64,000 nucleotides of DNA, taken from NCBI GenBank assembly GCA_964057225.1, contig OZ059895.1:21948001-22012000 (forward strand). The letters are read 5' to 3'. Origin of the DNA: Auanema rhodensis. Its lineage: Eukaryota; Animalia; Nematoda. Each line of letters opens with the position of its first letter. Position 1 is the stretch's first letter. The position numbers and the translations under genes are program-made. Shown here in pieces: positions 23,841 through 37,433 of this stretch. The notes under the pieces are model-generated. The model saw only the letters and a program-made list of their open reading frames with translations, did not search any database and was not told where the DNA came from.

Positions 23841-25993
23841 CATGGTAACCATGACTTTGAAATTTACGTGAACTTTAATTTATGCTAATTAAGTGAACTC
23901 ATGATGTGCACTTGGTATGTAACTCGCTTCACGTGAAAGATAAAGGGATGCGGTTTTCAAAATTAGATTCCCCATGTCCATATTAGTCTAAAAACAAATT
24001 TTTATTGATATTGGTGGATGGTAACCATGACTTTGAAATTTACGTGAACTTTAATTTATGCTAATTAAGTGCACACATGATGTGCACTTGGTATGTAACT
24101 CGCTTCACGTGAAAGATAAAGGGATGCGGTTTTCAAAATTAGATTTCGCATGTCCATATTAGTCTAAAAACAAATTGTTATTGATATTGGTGCATGGTAA
24201 CCATGACTTTAAAATTTACGTGAACTTTAATTTATGCTAATTAAGTGTACACATGATGTGCACTTGGTATGTAACTCGCTTCAAGTCAAAGATAAAGAGA
24301 TGCGGTTTTCAAAATTAGATTCCCCATGTCCATATAAGTCTAAAAACAAATTTTTATTGATATTGGTGCATGGTAACCATGACTTTAAAATTTACGTGAA
24401 CTTCAATTTATGCTAATTAAGTGAACTCATGATGTGCACTTGGTATGTAACTCGCTTCACGTGAAAGATAAAGGGATGCGGTTTTCAAAATTAGATTTCC
24501 CATGTCCATATTAGTCTAAAAACAAATTTTTATTGATATTGGTGGATGGTAACCATGACTTTGAAATTTACGTGAACTTTAATTTATGCTAATTAAGTGC
24601 ACACATGATGTGCACTTGGTATGTAACTCGCTTCACGTGAAAGATAAAGGGATGCGGTTTTCAAAATTAGATTTCGCATGTCCATATTAGTCTAAAAACA
24701 AATTTTTATTGATATTGGTGCATGGTAACCATGACTTTGAAATTTACGTGAACTTCAATTTATGCTAATTAAGTGTACACGTGATGTGCACTTGGTATGT
24801 AACTCGCTTCAAGTCAAAGATAAAGAGATGCGGTTTTCAAAATTAGATTCCCCATGTCCATATAAGTCTAAAAACAAATTTTTATTGATATTGGTGCATG
24901 GTAACCATGACTTTAAAATTTACGTGAACTTCAATTTATGCTAATTAAGTGTACACGTGATGTGCACTTGGTATGTAACTCGCTTCACGTGAAAGATAAA
25001 GGGATGCGGTTTCCAAAATTAGATTTCGCATGTCCATATTAGTCTAAAAACAAATTTTTATTGATATTGGTGCATGGTAACCATGACTTTGAAATTTACG
25101 TGAACTTTAATTTATGCTAATTAAGTGTACACATGATGTGCACTTGGTATGTAACTCGCTTCAAGTGAAAGATAAAGAGATGCGGTTTCCAAAATTAGAT
25201 TTCGCATGTCCATATTAGTCTAAAAACAAATTTTTATTGATATTGGTGCATGGTAACCATGACTTTAAAATTTACGTGAACTTTAATTTATGCTAATTTA
25301 GTGTACACATGATGTGCACTTGGTATGTAACTCGCTTCACGTCAAAGATAAAGAGATGCGGTTTTCAAAATTAGATTCCCCATGTCCATATTAGTCTAAA
25401 AACAAATTTTTATTGATATTGGTGGATGGTAACCATGACTTTGAAATTTACGTGAACTTTAATTTATGCTAATTAAGTGCACACATGATGTGCACTTGGT
25501 ATGTAACTCGCTTCACGTGAAAGATAAAGGGATGCGGTTTTCAAAATTAGATTTCGCATGTCCATATTAGTCTAAAAACAAATTGTTATTGATATTGGTG
25601 CATGGTAACCATGACTTTAAAATTTACGTGAACTTTAATTTATGCTAATTAAGTGTACACATGATGTGCACTTGGTATGTAACCCGCTTCAAGTGAAAGA
25701 TAAAGAGATGCGGTTTTCAAAATTAGATTTCGCATGTCCATATTAGTCTAAAAACAAATTTTTATTGATATTGGTGCATGGTAACCATGACTTTGAAATT
25801 TACGTGAACTTTAATTTATGCTAATTAAGTGTACACGTGATGTGCACTTGGTATGTAACTCGCTTCACGTCAAAGATAAAGAGATGCGGTTTTCAAAATT
25901 AGATTTCGCATGTCCATATAAGTCTAAAAACAAATTTTTATTGATATTGGTGCATGGTAACCATGACTTTGAAATTTACGTGAACTTTAATTT

Positions 25994-28900
25994 ATGCTAA
26001 TTAAGTGTACACGTGATGTGCACTTGGTATGTAACTCGCTTCAAGTCAAAGATAAAGAGATGCGGTTTTCAAAATTAGATTCCCCATGTCCATATAAGTC
26101 TAAAAACAAATTTTTATTGATATTGGTGCATGGTAACCATGACTTTAAAATTTACGTGAACTTCAATTTATGCTAATTAAGTGTACACGTGATGTGCACT
26201 TGGTATGTAACTCGCTTCACGTGAAAGATAAAGGGATGCGGTTTCCAAAATTAGATTTCGCATGTCCATATTAGTCTAAAAACAAATTTTTATTGATATT
26301 GGTGCATGGTAACCATGACTTTGAAATTTACGTGAACTTTAATTTATGCTAATTAAGTGTACACATGATGTGCACTTGGTATGTAACTCGCTTCAAGTGA
26401 AAGATAAAGAGATGCGGTTTCCAAAATTAGATTTCGCATGTCCATATTAGTCTAAAAACAAATTTTTATTGATATTGGTGCATGGTAACCATGACTTTAA
26501 AATTTACGTGAACTTTAATTTATGCTAATTAAGTGTACACATGATGTGCACTTGGTATGTAACTCGCTTCACGTCAAAGATAAAGAGATGCGGTTTTCAA
26601 AATTAGATTCCCCATGTCCATATTAGTCTAAAAACAAATTTTTATTAATATTGGTGCATGGTAACCATGACTTTAAAATTTACGTGAACTTCAATTTATG
26701 CTAATTAAGTGTACACGTGATGTGCACTTGGTATGTAACTCGCTTCACGTGAAAGATAAAGGGATGCGGTTTCCAAAATTAGATTTCGCATGTCCATATT
26801 AGTCTAAAAACAAATTTTTATTGATATTGGTGCATGGTAACCATGACTTTGAAATTTACGTGAACTTTAATTTATGCTAATTAAGTGTACACATGATGTG
26901 CACTTGGTATGTAACTCGCTTCAAGTGAAAGATAAAGAGATGCGGTTTCCAAAATTAGATTTCGCATGTCCATATTAGTCTAAAAACAAATTTTTATTGA
27001 TATTGGTGCATGGTAACCATGACTTTAAAATTTACGTGAACTTTAATTTATGCTAATTTAGTGTACACATGATGTGCACTTGGTATGTAACTCGCTTCAC
27101 GTCAAAGATAAAGAGATGCGGTTTTCAAAATTAGATTCCCCATGTCCATATTAGTCTAAAAACAAATTTTTATTGATATTGGTGGATGGTAACCATGACT
27201 TTGAAATTTACGTGAACTTTAATTTATGCTAATTAAGTGCACACATGATGTGCACTTGGTATGTAACTCGCTTCACGTGAAAGATAAAGGGATGCGGTTT
27301 TCAAAATTAGATTTCGCATGTCCATATTAGTCTAAAAACAAATTGTTATTGATATTGGTGCATGGTAACCATGACTTTAAAATTTACGTGAACTTTAATT
27401 TATGCTAATTAAGTGTACACATGATGTGCACTTGGTATGTAACCCGCTTCAAGTGAAAGATAAAGAGATGCGGTTTTCAAAATTAGATTTCGCATGTCCA
27501 TATTAGTCTAAAAACAAATTTTTATTGATATTGGTGCATGGTAACCATGACTTTGAAATTTACGTGAACTTTAATTTATGCTAATTAAGTGTACACGTGA
27601 TGTGCACTTGGTATGTAACTCGCTTCACGTCAAAGATAAAGAGATGCGGTTTTCAAAATTAGATTTCGCATGTCCATATAAGTCTAAGAACAAATTTTTA
27701 TTGATATTGGTGCATGGTAACCATGACTTTGAAATTTACGTGAACTTTAATTTATGCTAATTAAGTGTACACATGCTGTGCACTTGGTATGTAACTCGCT
27801 TCACGTCAAAGATAAAGAGATGCGGTTTTCAAAATTAGATTTCGCATGTCCATATAAGTCTAAAAACAAATTTTTATTGATATTGGTGCATGGTAACCAT
27901 GACTTTAAAATTTACGTGAACTTTAATTTATGCTAATTTAGTGTACACATGATGTGCACTTGGTATGTAACTCGCTTCACGTCAAAGATAAAGAGATGCG
28001 GTTTTCAAAATTAGATTCCCCATGTCCATATTAGTCTAAAAACAAATTTTTATTGATATTGGTGGATGGTAACCATGACTTTGAAATTTACGTGAACTTT
28101 AATTTATGCTAATTAAGTGCACACATGATGTGCACTTGGTATGTAACTCGCTTCACGTGAAAGATAAAGGGATGCGGTTTTCAAAATTAGATTTCGCATG
28201 TCCATATTAGTCTAAAAACAAATTGTTATTGATATTGGTGCATGGTAACCATGACTTTAAAATTTACGTGAACTTTAATTTATGCTAATTAAGTGTACAC
28301 ATGATGTGCACTTGGTATGTAACTCGCTTCACGTCAAAGATAAAGAGATGCGGTTTTCAAAATTAGATTCCCCATGTCCATATTAGTCTAAAAACAAATT
28401 TTTATTGATATTGGTGGATGGTAACCATGACTTTGAAATTTACGTGAACTTTAATTTATGCTAATTAAGTGCACACATGATGTGCACTTGGTATGTAACT
28501 CGCTTCACGTCAAAGATAAAGGGATGCGGTTTTCAAAATTAGATTCCCCATGTCCATATTAGTCTAAAAACAAATTTTTATTGATATTGGTGGATGGTAA
28601 CCATGACTTTGAAATTTACGTGAACTTTAATTTATGCTAATTAAGTGCACACATGATGTGCACTTGGTATGTAACTCGCTTCACGTGAAAGATAAAGGGA
28701 TGCGGTTTTCAAAATTAGATTTCGCATGTCCATATTAGTCTAAAAACAAATTTTTATTGATATTGGTGGATGGTAATCATGACTTTGAAATTTACGTGAA
28801 CTTTAATTTATGCTAATTAAGTGCACACATGATGTGCACTTGGTATGTAACTCGCTTCACGTCAAAGATAAAGAGATGCGGTTTTCAAAATTAGATTCCC

Positions 28901-31900
28901 CATGTCCATATTAGTCTAAAAACAAATTTTTATTGATATTGGTGGATGGTAACCATGACTTTGAAATTTACGTGAACTTTAATTTATGCTAATTAAGTGC
29001 ACACATGATGTGCACTTGGTATGTAACTCGCTTCACGTGAAAGATAAAGGGATGCGGTTTTCAAAATTAGATTTCGCATGTCCATATTAGTCTAAAAACA
29101 AATTTTTATTGATATTGGTGCATGGTAACCATGACTTTAAAATTTACGTGAACTTTAATTTATGCTAATTAAGTGTACACGTGATGTGCACTTGGTATGT
29201 AACTCGCTTCAAGTCAAAGATAAAGAGATGCGGTTTTCAAAATTAGATTCCCCATGTCCATATAAGTCTAAAAACAAATTTTTATTGATATTGGTGCATG
29301 GTAACCATGACTTTAAAATTTACGTGAACTTCAATTTATGCTAATTAAGTGTACACGTGATGTGCACTTGGTATGTAACTCGCTTCACGTGAAAGATAAA
29401 GGGATGCGGTTTCCAAAATTAGATTTCGCATGTCCATATTAGTCTAAAAACAAATTTTTATTGATATTGGTGCATGGTAACCATGACTTTGAAATTTACG
29501 TGAACTTTAATTTATGCTAATTAAGTGTACACATGATGTGCACTTGGTATGTAACTCGCTTCAAGTGAAAGATAAAGAGATGCGGTTTCCAAAATTAGAT
29601 TTCGCATGTCCATATTAGTCTAAAAACAAATTTTTATTGATATTGGTGCATGGTAACCATGACTTTAAAATTTACGTGAACTTTAATTTATGCTAATTAA
29701 GTGTACACATGATGTGCACTTGGTATGTAACTCGCTTCACGTCAAAGATAAAGAGATGCGGTTTTCAAAATTAGATTCCCCATGTCCATATTAGTCTAAA
29801 AACAAATTTTTATTAATATTGGTGCATGGTAACCATGACTTTAAAATTTACGTGAACTTCAATTTATGCTAATTAAGTGTACACGTGATGTGCACTTGGT
29901 ATGTAACTCGCTTCACGTGAAAGATAAAGGGATGCGGTTTCCAAAATTAGATTTCGCATGTCCATATTAGTCTAAAAACAAATTTTTATTGATATTGGTG
30001 CATGGTAACCATGACTTTGAAATTTACGTGAACTTTAATTTATGCTAATTAAGTGTACACATGATGTGCACTTGGTATGTAACTCGCTTCAAGTGAAAGA
30101 TAAAGAGATGCGGTTTCCAAAATTAGATTTCGCATGTCCATATTAGTCTAAAAACAAATTTTTATTGATATTGGTGCATGGTAACCATGACTTTAAAATT
30201 TACGTGAACTTTAATTTATGCTAATTTAGTGTACACATGATGTGCACTTGGTATGTAACTCGCTTCACGTCAAAGATAAAGAGATGCGGTTTTCAAAATT
30301 AGATTCCCCATGTCCATATTAGTCTAAAAACAAATTTTTATTGATATTGGTGGATGGTAACCATGACTTTGAAATTTACGTGAACTTTAATTTATGCTAA
30401 TTAAGTGCACACATGATGTGCACTTGGTATGTAACTCGCTTCACGTGAAAGATAAAGGGATGCGGTTTTCAAAATTAGATTTCGCATGTCCATATTAGTC
30501 TAAAAACAAATTGTTATTGATATTGGTGCATGGTAACCATGACTTTAAAATTTACGTGAACTTTAATTTATGCTAATTAAGTGTACACATGATGTGCACT
30601 TGGTATGTAACCCGCTTCAAGTGAAAGATAAAGAGATGCGGTTTTCAAAATTAGATTTCGCATGTCCATATTAGTCTAAAAACAAATTTTTATTGATATT
30701 GGTGCATGGTAACCATGACTTTGAAATTTACGTGAACTTTAATTTATGCTAATTAAGTGTACACGTGATGTGCACTTGGTATGTAACTCGCTTCACGTCA
30801 AAGATAAAGAGATGCGGTTTTCAAAATTAGATTTCGCATGTCCATATAAGTCTAAAAACAAATTTTTATTGATATTGGTGCATGGTAACCATGACTTTGA
30901 AATTTACGTGAACTTTAATTTATGCTAATTAAGTGTACACATGCTGTGCACTTGGTATGTAACTCGCTTCACGTCAAAGATAAAGAGATGCGGTTTTCAA
31001 AATTAGATTTCGCATGTCCATATAAGTCTAAAAACAAATTTTTATTGATATTGGTGCATGGTAACCATGACTTTAAAATTTACGTGAACTTTAATTTATG
31101 CTAATTTAGTGTACACATGATGTGCACTTGGTATGTAACTCGCTTCACGTCAAAGATAAAGAGATGCGGTTTTCAAAATTAGATTCCCCATGTCCATATT
31201 AGTCTAAAAACAAATTTTTATTGATATTGGTGGATGGTAACCATGACTTTGAAATTTACGTGAACTTTAATTTATGCTAATTAAGTGCACACATGATGTG
31301 CACTTGGTATGTAACTCGCTTCACGTGAAAGATAAAGGGATGCGGTTTTCAAAATTAGATTTCGCATGTCCATATTAGTCTAAAAACAAATTGTTATTGA
31401 TATTGGTGCATGGTAACCATGACTTTAAAATTTACGTGAACTTTAATTTATGCTAATTAAGTGTACACATGATGTGCACTTGGTATGTAACTCGCTTCAC
31501 GTCAAAGATAAAGAGATGCGGTTTTCAAAATTAGATTCCCCATGTCCATATTAGTCTAAAAACAAATTTTTATTGATATTGGTGGATGGTAACCATGACT
31601 TTGAAATTTACGTGAACTTTAATTTATGCTAATTAAGTGCACACATGATGTGCACTTGGTATGTAACTCGCTTCACGTCAAAGATAAAGGGATGCGGTTT
31701 TCAAAATTAGATTCCCCATGTCCATATTAGTCTAAAAACAAATTTTTATTGATATTGGTGGATGGTAACCATGACTTTGAAATTTACGTGAACTTTAATT
31801 TATGCTAATTAAGTGCACACATGATGTGCACTTGGTATGTAACTCGCTTCACGTGAAAGATAAAGGGATGCGGTTTTCAAAATTAGATTTCGCATGTCCA

Positions 31901-32329
31901 TATTAGTCTAAAAACAAATTTTTATTGATATTGGTGGATGGTAATCATGACTTTGAAATTTACGTGAACTTTAATTTATGCTAATTAAGTGCACACATGA
32001 TGTGCACTTGGTATGTAACTCGCTTCACGTCAAAGATAAAGAGATGCGGTTTTCAAAATTAGATTCCCCATGTCCATATTAGTCTAAAAACAAATTTTTA
32101 TTGATATTGGTGGATGGTAACCATGACTTTGAAATTTACGTGAACTTTAATTTATGCTAATTAAGTGCACACATGATGTGCACTTGGTATGTAACTCGCT
32201 TCACGTGAAAGATAAAGGGATGCGGTTTTCAAAATTAGATTTCGCATGTCCATATTAGTCTAAAAACAAATTGTTATTGATATTGGTGCATGGTAACCAT
32301 GACTTTAAAATTTACGTGAACTTTAATTT
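25994..32329. repeat. 18-monomer (3168 bp) tandem block duplication within satellite C
   Basis: Variant monomers recur at +3168: 25994/29162, 27578/30746 and 27754/30922. The rare AACCCGC variant occurs at about 27441 and 30609. Confidence 0.85.
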
Positions 32330-35300
32330 ATGCTAATTGAGTGTACACATGATGTGCACTTGGTATGTAACTCGCTTCAAGTGAAAGATAAAGAGATGCG
32401 GTTTTCAAAATTAGATTTCGCATGTCCATATTAGTCTAAAAACAAATTTTTATTGATATTGGTGCATGGTAACCATGACTTTGAAATTTACGTGAACTTT
32501 AATTTATGCTAATTAAGTGTACACGTGATGTGCACTTGGTATGTAACTCGCTTCACGTCAAAGATAAAGAGATGCGGTTTTCAAAATTAGATTTCGCATG
32601 TCCATATAAGTCTAAAAACAAATTTTTATTGATATTGGTGCATGGTAACCATGACTTTGAAATTTACGTGAACTTTAATTTATGCTAATTAAGTGTACAC
32701 ATGCTGTGCACTTGGTATGTAACTCGCTTCACGTCAAAGATAAAGAGATGCGGTTTTCAAAATTAGATTCCCCATGTCCATATTAGTCTAAAAACAAATT
32801 TTTATTAATATTGGTGCATGGTAACCATGACTTTGAAATTTACGTGAACTTTAATTTATGCTAATTAAGTGTACACGTGATGTGCACTTGGTATGTAACT
32901 TGCTTCACGTGAAAGATAAAGAGATGCGGTTTTCAAAATTAGATTTCGCATGTCCATATTAGTCTAAAAACAAATTTTTATTGATATTGGTGCATGGTAA
33001 CCATGACTTTGAAATTTACGTGAACTTTAATTTATGCTAATTAAGTGTACACATGATGTGCACTTGGTATGTAACTCGCTTCAAGTGAAAGATAAAGAGA
33101 TGCGGTTTTCAAAATTAGATTTCGCATGTCCATATTAGTCTAAAAACAAATTTTTATTGATATTGGTGCATGGTAACCATGACTTTAAAATTTACGTGAA
33201 CTTTAATTTATGCTAATTTAGTGTACACATGATGTGCACTTGGTATGTAACTCGCTTCACGTCAAAGATAAAGAGATGCGGTTTTCAAAATTAGATTCCC
33301 CATGTCCATATTAGTCTAAAAACAAATTTTTATTGATATTGGTGGATGGTAACCATGACTTTGAAATTTACGTGAACTTTAATTTATGCTAATTAAGTGC
33401 ACACATGATGTGCACTTGGTATGTAACTCGCTTCACGTGAAAGATAAAGGGATGCGGTTTTCAAAATTAGATTTCGCATGTCCATTTTAGTCTAAAAACA
33501 AATTGTTATTGATATTGGTGCATGGTAACCATGACTTTGAAATTTACGTGAACTTTAATTTATGCTAATTAAGTGTACACATGATGTGCACTTGGTATGT
33601 AACTCGCTTCAAGTGAAAGATAAAGAGATGCGGTTTCCAAAATTAGATTTCGCATGTCCATATTAGTCTAAAAACAAATTTTTATTGATATTGGTGCATG
33701 GTAACCATGACTTTAAAATTTACGTGAACTTTAATTTATGCTAATTAAGTGTACACATGATGTGCACTTGGTATGTAACTCGCTTCACGTCAAAGATAAA
33801 GAGATGCGGTTTTCAAAATTAGATTCCCCATGTCCATATTAGTCTAAAAACAAATTTTTATTGATATTGGTGGATGGTAATCATGACTTTGAAATTTACG
33901 TGAACTTTAATTTATGCTAATTAAGTGCACACATGATGTGCACTTGGTATGTAACTCGCTTCACGTCAAAGATAAAGAGATGCGGTTTTCAAAATTAGAT
34001 TCCCCATGTCCATATTAGTCTAAAAACAAATTTTTATTGATATTGGTGGATGGTAACCATGACTTTGAAATTTACGTGAACTTTAATTTATGCTAATTAA
34101 GTGCACACATGATGTGCACTTGGTATGTAACTCGCTTCACGTGAAAGATAAAGGGATGCGGTTTTCAAAATTAGATTTCGCATGTCCATATTAGTCTAAA
34201 AACAAATTGTTATTGATATTGGTGCATGGTAACCATGACTTTAAAATTTACGTGAACTTTAATTTATGCTAATTAAGTGTACACATGATGTGCACTTGGT
34301 ATGTAACTCGCTTCAAGTGAAAGATAAAGAGATGCGGTTTTCAAAATTAGATTTCGCATGTCCATATTAGTCTAAAAACAAATTTTTATTGATATTGGTG
34401 CATGGTAACCATGACTTTGAAATTTACGTGAACTTTAATTTATGCTAATTAAGTGTACACGTGATGTGCACTTGGTATGTAACTCGCTTCACGTCAAAGA
34501 TAAAGAGATGCGGTTTTCAAAATTAGATTTCGCATGTCCATATAAGTCTAAAAACAAATTTTTATTGATATTGGTGCATGGTAACCATGACTTTGAAATT
34601 TACGTGAACTTTAATTTATGCTAATTAAGTGTACACATGCTGTGCACTTGGTATGTAACTCGCTTCACGTCAAAGATAAAGAGATGCGGTTTTCAAAATT
34701 AGATTTCGCATGTCCATATAAGTCTAAAAACAAATTTTTATTGATATTGGTGCATGGTAACCATGACTTTAAAATTTACGTGAACTTTAATTTATGCTAA
34801 TTTAGTGTACACATGATGTGCACTTGGTATGTAACTCGCTTCACGTCAAAGATAAAGAGATGCGGTTTTCAAAATTAGATTCCCCATGTCCATATTAGTC
34901 TAAAAACAAATTTGTATTGATATTGGTGGATGGTAACCATGACTTTGAAATTTACGTGAACTTTAATTTATGCTAATTAAGTGCACACATGATGTGCACT
35001 TGGTATGTAACTCGCTTCACGTCAAAGATAAAGAGATGCGGTTTTCAAAATTAGATTCCCCATGTCCATATTAGTCTAAAAACAAATTGTTATTGATATT
35101 GGTGCATGGTAACCATGACTTTAAAATTTACGTGAACTTTAATTTATGCTAATTAAGTGTACACATGATGTGCACTTGGTATGTAACTCGCTTCAAGTGA
35201 AAGATAAAGAGATGCGGTTTTCAAAATTAGATTTCGCATGTCCATATTAGTCTAAAAACAAATTTTTATTGATATTGGTGCATGGTAACCATGACTTTGA

Positions 35301-37433
35301 AATTTACGTGAACTTTAATTTATGCTAATTAAGTGTACACATGCTGTGCACTTGGTATGTAACTCGCTTCACGTCAAAGATAAAGAGATGCGGTTTTCAA
35401 AATTAGATTCCCCATGTCCATATAAGTCTAAAAACAAATTTTTATTGATATTGGTGCATGGTAACCATGACTTTGAAATTTACGTGAACTTTAATTTATG
35501 CTAATTAAGTGTACACATGCTGTGCACTTGGTATGTAACTCGCTTCACGTCAAAGATAAAGAGATGCGGTTTTCAAAATTAGATTTCGCATGTCCATATA
35601 AGTCTAAAAACAAATTTTTATTGATATTGGTGCATGGTAACCATGACTTTAAAATTTACGTGAACTTTAATTTATGCTAATTTAGTGTACACATGATGTG
35701 CACTTGGTATGTAACTCGCTTCACGTCAAAGATAAAGAGATGCGGTTTTCAAAATTAGATTCCCCATGTCCATATTAGTCTAAAAACAAATTTTTATTGA
35801 TATTGGTGGATGGTAACCATGACTTTGAAATTTACGTGAACTTTAATTTATGCTAATTAAGTGCACACATGATGTGCACTTGGTATGTAACTCGCTTCAC
35901 GTGAAAGATAAAGGGATGCGGTTTTCAAAATTAGATTTCGCATGTCCATATTAGTCTAAAAACAAATTGTTATTGATATTGGTGCATGGTAACCATGACT
36001 TTGAAATTTACGTGAACTTTAATTTATGCTAATTAAGTGTACACATGATGTGCACTTGGTATGTAACTTGCTTCACGTGAAAGATAAAGAGATGCGGTTT
36101 TCAAAATTAGATTTCGCATGTCCATATTAGTCTAAAAACAAATTTTTATTGATATTGGTGCATGGTAACCATGACTTTGAAATTTACGTGAACTTTAATT
36201 TATGCTAATTAAGTGTACACATGATGTGCACTTGGTATGTAACTCGCTTCAAGTGAAAGATAAAGAGATGCGGTTTTCAAAATTAGATTTCGCATGTCCA
36301 TATTAGTCTAAAAACAAATTTTTATTGATATTGGTGCATGGTAACCATGACTTTAAAATTTACGTGAACTTTAATTTATGCTAATTTAGTGTACACATGA
36401 TGTGCACTTGGTATGTAACTCGCTTCACGTCAAAGATAAAGAGATGCGGTTTTCAAAATTAGATTCCCCATGTCCATATTAGTCTAAAAACAAATTTTTA
36501 TTGATATTGGTGGATGGTAACCATGACTTTGAAATTTACGTGAACTTTAATTTATGCTAATTAAGTGCACACATGATGTGCACTTGGTATGTAACTCGCT
36601 TCACGTGAAAGATAAAGGGATGCGGTTTTCAAAATTAGATTTCGCATGTCCATTTTAGTCTAAAAACAAATTGTTATTGATATTGGTGCATGGTAACCAT
36701 GACTTTGAAATTTACGTGAACTTTAATTTATGCTAATTAAGTGTACACATGATGTGCACTTGGTATGTAACTCGCTTCAAGTGAAAGATAAAGAGATGCG
36801 GTTTCCAAAATTAGATTTCGCATGTCCATATTAGTCTAAAAACAAATTTTTATTGATATTGGTGCATGGTAACCATGACTTTAAAATTTACGTGAACTTT
36901 AATTTATGCTAATTAAGTGTACACATGATGTGCACTTGGTATGTAACTCGCTTCACGTCAAAGATAAAGAGATGCGGTTTTCAAAATTAGATTCCCCATG
37001 TCCATATTAGTCTAAAAACAAATTTTTATTGATATTGGTGGATGGTAATCATGACTTTGAAATTTACGTGAACTTTAATTTATGCTAATTAAGTGCACAC
37101 ATGATGTGCACTTGGTATGTAACTCGCTTCACGTCAAAGATAAAGAGATGCGGTTTTCAAAATTAGATTCCCCATGTCCATATTAGTCTAAAAACAAATT
37201 TTTATTGATATTGGTGGATGGTAACCATGACTTTGAAATTTACGTGAACTTTAATTTATGCTAATTAAGTGCACACATGATGTGCACTTGGTATGTAACT
37301 CGCTTCACGTGAAAGATAAAGGGATGCGGTTTTCAAAATTAGATTTCGCATGTCCATATTAGTCTAAAAACAAATTGTTATTGATATTGGTGCATGGTAA
37401 CCATGACTTTAAAATTTACGTGAACTTTAATTT

